A stretch of DNA of 63,583 nt, filler included. It is 6 parts of 6 records of this genome, joined end to end, with 100 filler letters (N's around TTAATTAATTAA, not from the genome) between each part and the next. Parts side by side here need not be neighbours in the genome. Positions count along the whole stretch, not along the records: positions 19,000 to 26,689 come from SRR31156797_34327; positions 26,790 to 46,696 come from SRR31156797_34340; 4 more parts are not named here. One strand, written 5' to 3'. The notes beneath the pieces were generated by a model. It was not told the DNA's origin and ran no database searches. It was given only the letters and a program-made list of their open reading frames with translations. Shown piece after piece: positions 22,101-30,456 of this stretch (position 1 is its first letter; every line of letters begins with the position of its first letter). The position numbers and the translations under genes were made by a program.

Positions 22101-22464
22101 TCGCTTCCGGTTCAGCATTTTGAATTGCGGGTGAACTTGTTTTGATCTCGGAAGCGATAAAATCAGGGGATTCTATATTTGCATTTGTCGTAAGGCGATA
22201 GATCCTATTTAAATACACATCACCATTGCGGTCTTTTTCCGTGGCATTCGTTAACCATGGCTCGATCTTTACGACCCCGTATTTCTTAATAATTTTATTC
22301 AATTCAGGATATGGTGTATCCAAAGAAAGCATGTGCTCTTTGCTTAGAAGATCTTCATCGGCGTTCAGTGAGAATAAAATCCTGTTCGCATAATATGCCG
22401 GTGACGCACAAAGCGTGCCGATCATTAATATCAGAGAAATTAAAAATAAGGTCGTTTTTTTCAT
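19105..22464 (-). CDS. S8 (subtilisin-like) serine protease with FG-GAP-like repeats and a T9SS C-terminal sorting domain
   Basis: Catalytic triad VVDDG / HGTHVAG / GTSMASP; DxDxD repeats; C-terminal PNPFNPSTTI...SGIYL...KMIFLK; signal peptide from ATG 22464. Confidence 0.92.
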   Translation of the reverse strand: MKKTTLFLISLILMIGTLCASPAYYANRILFSLNADEDLLSKEHMLSLDTPYPELNKIIKKYGVVKIEPWLTNATEKDRNGDVYLNRIYRLTTNANIESPDFIASEIKTSSPAIQNAEPEAIMRTLAIPDDPMIGNQWYLSKTKVKEAWNLWDLEGGEIPGDRNIVVAVVDDGVEYTHPDLWKNIWINQDEIATYLALIDADQDGFVTAEEAVNGVGDVNSNGVSDLRDVISSSSFLVDGIDNDSDGYIDNIIGWDTDASGSSSDDDRNPMVTNNDHGTHVAGLVGATTDNNKGVASAAYNISIMPVKATGDETVLSINTGWDGILYAAQAGADIINCSWGGPGYSSYAQDIINNVYNNYGSMVVAAAGNGADSENDIEQDDPHYPSGYDNVVSVTAVGSNDNFSWASYGFASGNFYGVDLSAPGESMLSTVLTKNSSYGYKMGTSMASPFVASCFALLKSVYPDSSNDWLIDRMISNTDPIDHLNPSYAGQIGAGRINILKALVSDEWPNLSIEDQFESISSGDGDIILNPGETVNLMIEVKNDSGWSQASNVMGVLRTNEEGITITDSIAIWSTIPQNTSALNDGNGYSVTFSEDLLPGDYEFELILESATDESSAYSFTEHLTISLSLELEGFPFYAETEVEASPLFIDVDDNDTKEIIFADKGGNIYAVDHLGDTLPGFPVSLGSQTGGIAVADIDLDDTLEIVATGFDKLVSVYDITGKHEWSRHAGFFITAIPAIGNLDDDPELEVVVGSYDQKMYVLNHDSTDVPGFPYTMGQLLHSGVSLADLNADGKDDIVYVSKNGQLGAIASDGSMLSGMPVNVGGSTTAEPQVIVTGDSSAIILWGNDLGDMYGYNLDGTQRFMIDGDGSIKASPALCIYIDKLYAFFATTQGEVYMIDVGGDSVVAGWPTEINSVHHSLIVADVQDDLSMEPHILAMGNNGYIYALDLSGELLPGYPINTKYLSKSALAITDIDNDNDPDIISGNYSGVSVTDLKNASQEVFWSMHRGSAERKGSLSYVFTGINNINLPQGFELLGNAPNPFNPSTTIKYLVGDYSPVNLKVYSLDGKLTMTRQISNPAIGINKINIDMSTYASGIYLYVLEQSKKIRTAKMIFLK

Positions 22465-22562
22465 AGGGTCTATACCATTCTTTTTATTAGGCATAAGTTT
22501 AAAACCTTCACAGGTATTAAACAAGGCAAAATTCAAAAGGGAAAGGACAAATTATATAGCAT

Positions 22563-22597
22563 GTCATCCCGGAAATCCCTTTGGGGTTCCGGACGAC
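22563..22597. repeat. REP-like GC-rich hairpin
   Basis: GTCATCCCGGAAATCCC-TTT-GGGGTTCCGGACGAC, imperfect inverted repeat. Confidence 0.45.
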
Positions 22598-22624
22598 GTG
22601 TTTGTTTGCTTTATACTTAATAAC

Positions 22625-22655
22625 AAAAAAAGCCGCTCGAATGAGCGGCTTTTTT
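22625..22655. terminator. Bidirectional intrinsic terminator
   Basis: A7-GCCGCTC-GAAT-GAGCGGC-T6. Confidence 0.85.
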
Positions 22656-22674
22656 ATTTATGATGTAAATCTGA

Positions 22675-25566
22675 TTATTTAACCAGAGACATCTTCTTGA
22701 TATCGGTGAAATCACCTGATGTCAAGCGATAGAAATATACACCGCTTGATAATGCCGAAGCATCAAATCTCAAGTCATAAGCACCTGCTTCAACGGTACC
22801 GTTAAGAAGCGTTCTGACATGACGTCCTGTAATGTCAAAGACTTCCAGTTTGGTCATGCCGGCATCTTTCAATTCGAAACGAATTGTAGTAACCGGGTTG
22901 AAGGGGTTCGGATAGTTCTGTGCCAATTCATATTTGGCAGGAACGATTTCCGGAACTGAAGTTGTATCGATATCTGTATCGAAATAACCACGGATCATGG
23001 GGTTACAGCGCAAGTAAGCTGCGATTGAAGTCCAACCGCCGCCGGGAACCTGCATAGTAGCCATACCGGAGAATCCATCGGTATCGGCACCGAGCCATGC
23101 CGGGTAATCACCCGGTGTTGCGCCCTTAACACCGACCCAAACACTTTCGCCTTCGCGAAGGACAACGCCGTCGCGTCCCAGTGTTGTGGTCATAATATCA
23201 GGAACAGCAAAGGTATTCCAACCATCAATGGCTGTTACCGGAGGTTCGATCAGCAACCAGCTGTCGCCGGGCATACCGTTGTCATCTTTATAGATCTTGA
23301 CTTTATAAACATCGCCGGCCCAAAGAGCAGCAAAACGCATAGCAACGAGTTTTGCAGGATATTCTGTCGGAGTAAGTTTTACAACAACTGTAGTATCCAT
23401 TGCAAGGTCAAAATGGGCTTCAGGAGTACCGTCGTCATGTTTTCTTTCTTCATGATCGACAGGCAGAACAAAAACAGCAGCGCCGTCACCGGCCTGACCT
23501 TCAAATCCATCGGATATACATACTACAGTATATTCGTATTCGGTCAAAGGATCAGCGGTTTCATCCGTAAAGCTGTTTGTTCCCAGAGGAGCTGTATTCA
23601 GAAGTTCCAGAGTTGTTTCACCGACTACGCGACGGTAGACGTTATATTCAAGACCACTGTAGGTAACCTGAGTATAACCACGGGCTCCGATCGGGGTAGA
23701 TGAAGCACCATCGGTATAGAATCCAACACCCGGATAATAGATCTTAAGACCTGCTCCGTCATCAAGGAAACATGCAGGGTAATAAGGGCTGGTTTCCCAG
23801 CTGACCATGACCCAGAATTCACCGTTCCACGCCAGGCTTTCACCTGTCACGTCGAGTGTCTGGAAATCATTGGTGGTATCCGGAACAAAATTATCTGACC
23901 AGTACAACATATGTAATGAGGTATCAACACCAAACAGTGCAACACTGATACTGTCACTATAAGGATTCAGATCATAAAGAGCAAAATCCAAATTGGTGAA
24001 GCTTAGGTCTTTACCGCCGGTGTTATAAACTGAAGCCAAACCGAAACCTACGGTTGAGTCATTACCAAAATAGGTATAACCCGGAGCATAGTATGCGCCA
24101 ATAGTTTCAGATTCAGGTGTTGTAGCCATAAATCCTTTGGGTAGGTCATAGGTTCCATCCATATCATTCCATGCGACATCAACATTGCCTGCATTCATTA
24201 CAGCAGTAACGCCTGTAGGTACGGGAAGGTCGGGTTGTGAATAAATGACAAAGTCATCGATCATCAAACCGCCACCGCTGGGAGCATCGGCATCGGAACG
24301 GAAATAAAAACGGAATTTAACTGTCTGACCTGCAAAAGGGGTCAGGTCACAAGCTTCGCCGTAAGCATACTGGAAGCTGTACCAAGCCGGGATCTGCTGA
24401 CTATATACATAGTCTGGGGCATCAGTTCCTTCGGGGTCAGAAATGGCATTCCAGGTCACACCGTCATCGGGTGACACTTCGAGGCGCCAGTATTCAACAT
24501 TCGGGAAATCATCAAGATCAGCGAAATCTGCAAAAAATTCGAAATCACAGTAGATCAAAGTTGCCGGTTCATCGGGCAATGTGATCGAAGGTGATACGTA
24601 ATAATCTTCAAGGTTCAACGCGTAAGTTGTATCACCGGGGATATAGTTACGCAGAACATGTGTGGGTGAAGGAATTGAATCTGTTCTATCTTCAATATTC
24701 CAGTAAGCACCTTGGGCTGCATTAACGGAATAAGAAACCAGACCGTCAGCTTCACTACCAAGATAAAGTGCATCGCCGGCAACATCAATAGAATCTACCA
24801 ACATACCGTACATGCTTCCGTCATCATGTGAATCATATCCACCGTCTGCACAGAAAACAAAACGAACACTGACCGTATCGCCAATATAGGCGCCGAGGTC
24901 AGCTTCTACGATACCTTCATGAACGCCGCCCCAACCGGGTGCAGGTTCATTGAAAACATAACCGAAGCCGTAAAGGCTTGTACAGTTATAGGGAACGCCT
25001 GTAGGATTCAAGACTGTCCATGTTTCTCCACCATCGTTGGAAACCTGGACATTACCGCCATCCCAGCCGTCGTAACCTGTAGGTTCGCCGCCTGGTCCTT
25101 CACAGTCCAGATCCAGATAGAATGATAGAGTAGAATCACCTGCGGTCAATACGACTTCCGGTGTTTCCAGAGCAACATACCAGTTACTTTCGTAACCACC
25201 TAATGTCATATCTGCACACCACCAGAGTGAATCACCATCACCAAAATCCAACAAATGCCATTCAGCATTGGCTGCGGGTGCGGTACCATCGAACTGCATC
25301 CAGCCATTGGCGCCGTTTTCAAAGTCCTCAAGGTACACCAGGCTAACTTCTGTGGTATCGATCAGGATGCCGGGGGCCTTCGCTGATGTGATATCCAAAG
25401 AACGTTTGTGAGTGTCTTCCTCAATCTGAAGAGGCGCAGCCTTGATTTGAGCGGCCGGCATCTTCTTCATGGGATTGCCTGCATTTACCTTGAGATCACT
25501 TTGAGGTGCCACTGCTGCGAACAATGCAACAGAAGCGATCAATAACAAAGCAACTACACGTTTCAT
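22675..25566 (-). CDS. T9SS type A cargo protein with repeated beta-sandwich modules and an FN3-like domain
   Basis: Signal peptide; two similar modules (VSNDGGETW / VSPDDGVTW); C-terminal LAQNYPNPFNP...SGVYFYRL...KKMSLVK. Confidence 0.85.
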   Translation of the reverse strand: MKRVVALLLIASVALFAAVAPQSDLKVNAGNPMKKMPAAQIKAAPLQIEEDTHKRSLDITSAKAPGILIDTTEVSLVYLEDFENGANGWMQFDGTAPAANAEWHLLDFGDGDSLWWCADMTLGGYESNWYVALETPEVVLTAGDSTLSFYLDLDCEGPGGEPTGYDGWDGGNVQVSNDGGETWTVLNPTGVPYNCTSLYGFGYVFNEPAPGWGGVHEGIVEADLGAYIGDTVSVRFVFCADGGYDSHDDGSMYGMLVDSIDVAGDALYLGSEADGLVSYSVNAAQGAYWNIEDRTDSIPSPTHVLRNYIPGDTTYALNLEDYYVSPSITLPDEPATLIYCDFEFFADFADLDDFPNVEYWRLEVSPDDGVTWNAISDPEGTDAPDYVYSQQIPAWYSFQYAYGEACDLTPFAGQTVKFRFYFRSDADAPSGGGLMIDDFVIYSQPDLPVPTGVTAVMNAGNVDVAWNDMDGTYDLPKGFMATTPESETIGAYYAPGYTYFGNDSTVGFGLASVYNTGGKDLSFTNLDFALYDLNPYSDSISVALFGVDTSLHMLYWSDNFVPDTTNDFQTLDVTGESLAWNGEFWVMVSWETSPYYPACFLDDGAGLKIYYPGVGFYTDGASSTPIGARGYTQVTYSGLEYNVYRRVVGETTLELLNTAPLGTNSFTDETADPLTEYEYTVVCISDGFEGQAGDGAAVFVLPVDHEERKHDDGTPEAHFDLAMDTTVVVKLTPTEYPAKLVAMRFAALWAGDVYKVKIYKDDNGMPGDSWLLIEPPVTAIDGWNTFAVPDIMTTTLGRDGVVLREGESVWVGVKGATPGDYPAWLGADTDGFSGMATMQVPGGGWTSIAAYLRCNPMIRGYFDTDIDTTSVPEIVPAKYELAQNYPNPFNPVTTIRFELKDAGMTKLEVFDITGRHVRTLLNGTVEAGAYDLRFDASALSSGVYFYRLTSGDFTDIKKMSLVK

Positions 25567-25598
25567 GTGTGTTCTCCTTTCTCAAGTTTTTAACTTTA

Positions 25599-26651
25599 CT
25601 ATATTCCTATTTGAATGCTTACTTGGTTGATGAATCCTAAAACTCCGTAATTTACAATAGCATAATCAATATTCAAAGGCATACTATTGACATCAAGTTT
25701 CAGGCCTACACCCACCGAATAACTTGTTTCATCATAATTTAAATGATATCCTGCGCGAAACGCCAGCATTTCTCTAAAGGCATATTCAATACCCGTATTG
25801 AAGCGCAAATAATGATCCAGGGGATCATTTGCATCAAAGGCAAAGCTTACGCGATGTTCAGGATTTTTAATGATCTCGCTGTTCGGGCCCACCAGATCAA
25901 CCATAACTCCCAGTCTAAAGACCAGGGGTAATGACCATTCCTCGGTACTCAAACGCGCCTCCGTATCCGGATTACCCTCATATAAAGGATCCGTATCAAC
26001 ATCTATGGTCAGGTCGGGTCCGTCAAATTTGAATTTCGTTGAGAAATTCGTAATGGACATACCAAGTTTGATCCCCTTAATACCGGTATCAAACTGAGAA
26101 CCGACATCAAAACCAAAAGCGGTAGCACTTTCGCGCCAGATGGTTTCATTTACCATCTTGACCGTTGCGCCCACACTTAAGCGATCGGTCAGAGAACGCG
26201 CATAAGATAATCCTATGGCGATATCGCTAACGGCGAAGTACTCACCTGTACCTTCGGGATAATCCAGTGAAGTCACTTCCATTTCACCCGAATTAAGATA
26301 AGTGATGTGCGCACCAAAGTAATCAGAACGACCGATCGGCATACCGAAAGCTACATAACCGTGTTGTATGCCGGCATATAGAGACGTATACGTACCGTAA
26401 AAGGTTTGCTGTTTGACTTTTGCCAAACCTGCGGGATTCCAGTATAGTGCTGTCATATCATCCACGCCGGCAACGTAGGCACCACCCATCGCTGTTGCTC
26501 GTGGCCCAACCTCCAGCTTCAGGAATTGCGCCGCCGTAGTTGCAACCTTGGAAATATCTTCCGGTATTTCCAGGTCGTCTGTCTGGGCAAATGCCAAACC
26601 CGCAAACAGCAGTGCGAGTATTATAATATATGAACGCTTCATTTTATTCAT
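25599..26651 (-). CDS. PorV/PorQ family outer-membrane protein
   Basis: AAQFLKLEVGPRATAMGGA and YWNPAGL motifs; beta-barrel pattern. Confidence 0.88.
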   Translation of the reverse strand: MNKMKRSYIIILALLFAGLAFAQTDDLEIPEDISKVATTAAQFLKLEVGPRATAMGGAYVAGVDDMTALYWNPAGLAKVKQQTFYGTYTSLYAGIQHGYVAFGMPIGRSDYFGAHITYLNSGEMEVTSLDYPEGTGEYFAVSDIAIGLSYARSLTDRLSVGATVKMVNETIWRESATAFGFDVGSQFDTGIKGIKLGMSITNFSTKFKFDGPDLTIDVDTDPLYEGNPDTEARLSTEEWSLPLVFRLGVMVDLVGPNSEIIKNPEHRVSFAFDANDPLDHYLRFNTGIEYAFREMLAFRAGYHLNYDETSYSVGVGLKLDVNSMPLNIDYAIVNYGVLGFINQVSIQIGI

Positions 26652-26662
26652 CTGCGCTCTCC

Positions 26663-26689
26663 TTATCGAATAATGGCAAATTTGCCAAC
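26663..26689 (-). CDS. C-terminal end of an upstream protein (VGKFAIIR*), resembling a T9SS-type C-terminus
   Basis: Nine codons at the contig edge; the stop overlaps the AAGGAG RBS of the PorV-family gene. Confidence 0.5.
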   Translation of the reverse strand, partial: VGKFAIIR

Positions 26690-26789
26690 NNNNNNNNNNN
26701 NNNNNNNNNNNNNNNNNNNNNNNNNNNNNNNNNTTAATTAATTAANNNNNNNNNNNNNNNNNNNNNNNNNNNNNNNNNNNNNNNNNNNN
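26690..26789. other. Artificial contig linker
   Basis: N44-TTAATTAATTAA-N44. Confidence 0.99.
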
Positions 26790-26790
26790 C

Positions 26791-28023
26791 ACCAGTGCAT
26801 ACCTGCTGGCTCAGGCCGGCTTGGAAACGCTGGTCATCGAACGCGGCAACTTTCCTGGTGCCAAAAACATGACTGGCGGAAGACTGTACGGTCATAGCCT
26901 GGAAAAAATCTTCCCCAACTTCGCAGAAGAAGCTCCGGTGGAACGTTGCATCGCTCATGAAAAAATCTCCTTCATGAATAAAAATGACAGCGCCACACTC
27001 GATTATGCTTCTCCCAAATCTGATGATCCAGCCAATCGTTCTTACTCCGTACTTCGTTCCAAGTTCGACCAATGGCTGGCCGACAAGGCAGAATCCGCTG
27101 GAGCCAGCATCGTCCCGGGCATCCGCGTGGACGATCTCATTGTTCGCGACGGCAAAGTCTGCGGTGTCGTAGCGTCAGGAGAAGAAATGGAAGCCCACAC
27201 GGTCATTCTGGCCGACGGCGTCAACTCCATTCTGGGTGAAAAACTGGGCATGGTTACCAAGGTAACTCCCCATCACTGTGCTGTAGGCGTGAAAGAAGTG
27301 ATTCAGCTCTCCAAACAGCAAATCAATGACCGCTTTGGTTGCTCGGACGACGAAGGTGCCGCATGGCTCTTTGCAGGAGCCCCCTCGGACGGCCAAATGG
27401 GTGGTGGTTTCATCTACACCAATGAAGATTCCTTATCTCTTGGTCTTGTATTCGGTCTTCACAATATCGAAAAGGCCGGAAAAAGCGTGCCCCAGATGCT
27501 GGAGGATTTTAAAAATCATCCCACTGTCAAACCCCTTATCCAAGGCGGCAAACAGATTGAATATTCTGCCCATGTCGTACCGGAAGGTGGGCATGAAATG
27601 GTACCGGAAATGGTCGGTGATGGAGTTCTCATCGCAGGAGATGCAGCAGGCCTGTGCCTCAATGTAGGCTTCACTGTTCGAGGCATGGACCTGGCCATTG
27701 CTTCAGGCGAAGCCGCGGCAAAAGCAATCATTGCTGCAAAAGAAAAGGACGACTTCAGCAAAAGCAGTCTTTCTTCCTACAAGACCGAACTTGAAAACAG
27801 CTTCGTCATGCAAGACATGAAGCTTTACCAGAACCTTCCAGAGTTCCTCGATAACACCCGCATGTACAATGAATACCCGAACATGGTGACTGGAATCATG
27901 AAAGACCTCTTCACCATCAACGGTCCCTCCATGCCCCTACGCAAAATGATTATGCCTCATTTAAAACAGATCGGATTCCTGAACTTGATTAAAGACGGTT
28001 TCAAAGGAGCAAAAGCAATATGA
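26791..28023 (+). CDS. fixC: FixC-like ETF-dependent FAD oxidoreductase, 5'-truncated
   Basis: ERG..PGAKNMTGG, ADGVNS, EYSAHVVPEGG, GDAAG..RGMDLA; ATGA overlap with fixX. Confidence 0.88.
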   Translation, partial: TSAYLLAQAGLETLVIERGNFPGAKNMTGGRLYGHSLEKIFPNFAEEAPVERCIAHEKISFMNKNDSATLDYASPKSDDPANRSYSVLRSKFDQWLADKAESAGASIVPGIRVDDLIVRDGKVCGVVASGEEMEAHTVILADGVNSILGEKLGMVTKVTPHHCAVGVKEVIQLSKQQINDRFGCSDDEGAAWLFAGAPSDGQMGGGFIYTNEDSLSLGLVFGLHNIEKAGKSVPQMLEDFKNHPTVKPLIQGGKQIEYSAHVVPEGGHEMVPEMVGDGVLIAGDAAGLCLNVGFTVRGMDLAIASGEAAAKAIIAAKEKDDFSKSSLSSYKTELENSFVMQDMKLYQNLPEFLDNTRMYNEYPNMVTGIMKDLFTINGPSMPLRKMIMPHLKQIGFLNLIKDGFKGAKAI

Positions 28024-28307
28024 CCACCCCAGTCAACGTAGACGTCAAGCTTGGCGTCAATAAATTCTTTGTAGACGAAGGGAACCCTCACATCGAACTG
28101 GTGGCAACACCTAATGATGAAGAATTCGCAAAACTCGAAGCAGCATGTCCTGCCGGTCTGTACAAAAGAGATGACAACGGCACCATGCATTTTGACTATG
28201 CGGGCTGTCTGGAGTGCGGCACCTGTCGCATCTTGTGCGGTAAAACCATTCTCAAGAAATGGGAATATCCCAATGGGACATTCGGTGTTGAGTTTCGCTT
28301 CGGCTAG
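28020..28307 (+). CDS. fixX: FixX ferredoxin-like protein
   Basis: ACPAGLY, GCLECGTCRILC, WEYPNG..GV.FRFG. Confidence 0.92.
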   Translation: MTTPVNVDVKLGVNKFFVDEGNPHIELVATPNDEEFAKLEAACPAGLYKRDDNGTMHFDYAGCLECGTCRILCGKTILKKWEYPNGTFGVEFRFG

Positions 28308-28465
28308 CATCAATCATTTACTATAAACTATTGAATTAAAACATAAAGAAAGCATAAAACCTTCCCATCCCCCTTGGTAAGTCCAGACTATGTTTCGCAT
28401 CATGACAAAAGACTTCCATTATGTCATTGACATGCCAAGCATACCCCCTCAAACATGGGCTTTCC

Positions 28466-28538
28466 GGTGCCGACAGTGGAAACCAGCACTGTCGGCACCA
28501 CGAAAGGAACCTTACCTCACAGGCTTATGACAAGCCTG
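28466..28538 (+). promoter_or_regulatory. Two stem-loops in the yhdT-panF leader
   Basis: Perfect 13-bp stem GGTGCCGACAGTG/CACTGTCGGCACC (28466-28499) and 7-bp stem CAGGCTT/AAGCCTG (28520-28538). Confidence 0.5.
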
Positions 28539-28573
28539 AATATTTCTTACTTCATCTCCAAGGTGACACCATC

Positions 28574-28897
28574 ATGAATAAACAATCACAAGACCCGCGC
28601 TTCAAACAAGCCAACAAGGAAGCCCTGCTCGCATTGGGCGTATACGCCTTGTATTTTGTCTGGTGGTATGTCTGCGCTTACGGCATGGGCAGCGGAAACC
28701 CCGACAACTATTCCTATGTACTGGGCATGCCGGAATGGTTTTTCTATAGCTGTATCGTCGGATATCCTCTCGTCACCATTCTCCTCTGGATCGTTGTTCG
28801 CTTCAACTTCAAGGACATGCCGCTGGACGCTGATACTGATGCCCCGTCCATCGACATCAACAAGGGCACGGACGCCAACTCCAAGGGGAAACGCTAA
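28574..28897 (+). CDS. yhdT: YhdT (DUF997) family membrane protein
   Basis: DPRFKQANKEA, GMPEWFFYSC and FKDMPL motifs; directly upstream of panF. Confidence 0.88.
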   Translation: MNKQSQDPRFKQANKEALLALGVYALYFVWWYVCAYGMGSGNPDNYSYVLGMPEWFFYSCIVGYPLVTILLWIVVRFNFKDMPLDADTDAPSIDINKGTDANSKGKR

Positions 28898-30367
28898 ATG
28901 CCTACCAATCTCTCAACAATCATACCTGTTGTCGCGTATTTGGCCCTCTCCTTTGCCGTGGCATTCTGGGCTCGTAAAAAGACAGAATCATCTGTCTCCT
29001 CGCAAGGATTCATTGAAGACTACTTCATTGGCGGACGTTCCATGGGCGGCTTTGTACTCGCCATGACCATCATCGCGAGCTACACGAGTGCCAGTAGCTT
29101 TGTAGGCGGCCCCGGCGTGGCATACCGCCTCGGCCTGAGTTGGGTACTTCTTGCAATGATACAGGTTCCCACCACTTTCCTGACGCTCGGCATTCTCGGT
29201 AAACGCTTCGCCATTATGGCTCGAAAAACTCAATCCGTGACCATTACGGACTACCTTCGCGCCCGCTACGACAGCGATGCCGTGGTTATTCTTTGCTCCG
29301 TGGCCATGATCGTCTTTTTCATGGCTGCCATGCTTGCACAATTCATTGGAGGCGCCCGCCTTTTTCAAACAGTGACAGGCTACCCATACATTATAGGACT
29401 CGTACTCTTCGGAGTCAGCGTCGTACTGTATACGGCTGTCGGAGGCTTTCGGGCCGTGGTTCTGACCGATGCCATCCAAGGCATTATTATGATTGTGGCT
29501 GTGGTTGTTGTACTGCTGGCTGTCATCGAAGCAGGCGGCGGAATGGAGCAATGTATATCCTCGCTCAAAGCCATTGACCCAGGCCTCATCACCCCAACCG
29601 GCCCCAAAGATGCCATCCCCCAACCCTTTACTCTTTCGTTCTGGGTGCTGGTCGGCATAGGCATCCTCGGCCTTCCCCAAACAACGCAACGATGCATGGC
29701 TTACAAAGACTCAAAAGCCATGCATAACGCCATGGTCATAGGCACTCTGCTCATAGGCTTCATGATCCTCTGCGCTCACCTCGCAGGAACATTGGGACGC
29801 GCCGTTATCCCCGACCTCCCGGCAGGAGACTTGGCCATGCCAAGCCTCATCGTGGAATTACTTTCTCCGGTATGGGCTGGAGTCTTCATCGCAGGCCCCC
29901 TCGCGGCCATCATGTCCACTGTGGACTCGATGCTTCTTCTGGTCTCTGCTGCCATCATCAAAGACCTATATATCCACTACAGACTCAAAGGCGATGCATC
30001 GCGCATGACTATTGTCAGCCTCAAAAAGGCAAGCCTCATAAGTACTGCCGTCATCGGACTTATGGTCTTTGTCGCCGCTATTGAACCTCCAGACCTTCTT
30101 GTCTGGATTAATCTATTCGCCTTTGGCGGTCTTGAAGCGGTTTTTCTTTGCCCCATGGTTCTGGGCCTTTATTGGGATAAGGCCAACGCCACTGGAGCTA
30201 TCGCCTCCATCATATTCGGCGTGTCCACCTTCATCATCCTGACCATCATGAAACCAGCCATGGGCGGCGTCCATGCCATCGTACCAACAACGATGACCTC
30301 ACTGGCAGCCTTCATCATCGGTTCATACGCTGGTCATCCAGTCCGGCTTCGAAAACAGCAAAACTAA
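28898..30367 (+). CDS. panF: Sodium/pantothenate symporter
   Basis: SSS family; DYFIGGRSMGGFVLAMT, SASSFVGGPG, AAIMSTVDS; paired with yhdT. Confidence 0.92.
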   Translation: MPTNLSTIIPVVAYLALSFAVAFWARKKTESSVSSQGFIEDYFIGGRSMGGFVLAMTIIASYTSASSFVGGPGVAYRLGLSWVLLAMIQVPTTFLTLGILGKRFAIMARKTQSVTITDYLRARYDSDAVVILCSVAMIVFFMAAMLAQFIGGARLFQTVTGYPYIIGLVLFGVSVVLYTAVGGFRAVVLTDAIQGIIMIVAVVVVLLAVIEAGGGMEQCISSLKAIDPGLITPTGPKDAIPQPFTLSFWVLVGIGILGLPQTTQRCMAYKDSKAMHNAMVIGTLLIGFMILCAHLAGTLGRAVIPDLPAGDLAMPSLIVELLSPVWAGVFIAGPLAAIMSTVDSMLLLVSAAIIKDLYIHYRLKGDASRMTIVSLKKASLISTAVIGLMVFVAAIEPPDLLVWINLFAFGGLEAVFLCPMVLGLYWDKANATGAIASIIFGVSTFIILTIMKPAMGGVHAIVPTTMTSLAAFIIGSYAGHPVRLRKQQN

Positions 30368-30384
30368 CAAATCATCATAGCATC

Positions 30385-30423
30385 AAAAAAGCCCAAGTCC
30401 GAGAATTTCGGATTTGGGCTTTT
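30385..30423. terminator. Bidirectional terminator between convergent panF and MCP genes
   Basis: A6-GCCCAAGTCCGA...TCGGATTTGGGC-T4. Confidence 0.8.
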
Positions 30424-30456
30424 CATTATCTTTTCAACAAAGGGACAAAAGCGATA

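Noticed and set aside
28421-28573. 51-aa N-terminal extension of yhdT
   Set aside because: It overlaps the leader hairpins; family similarity begins at ATG 28574.
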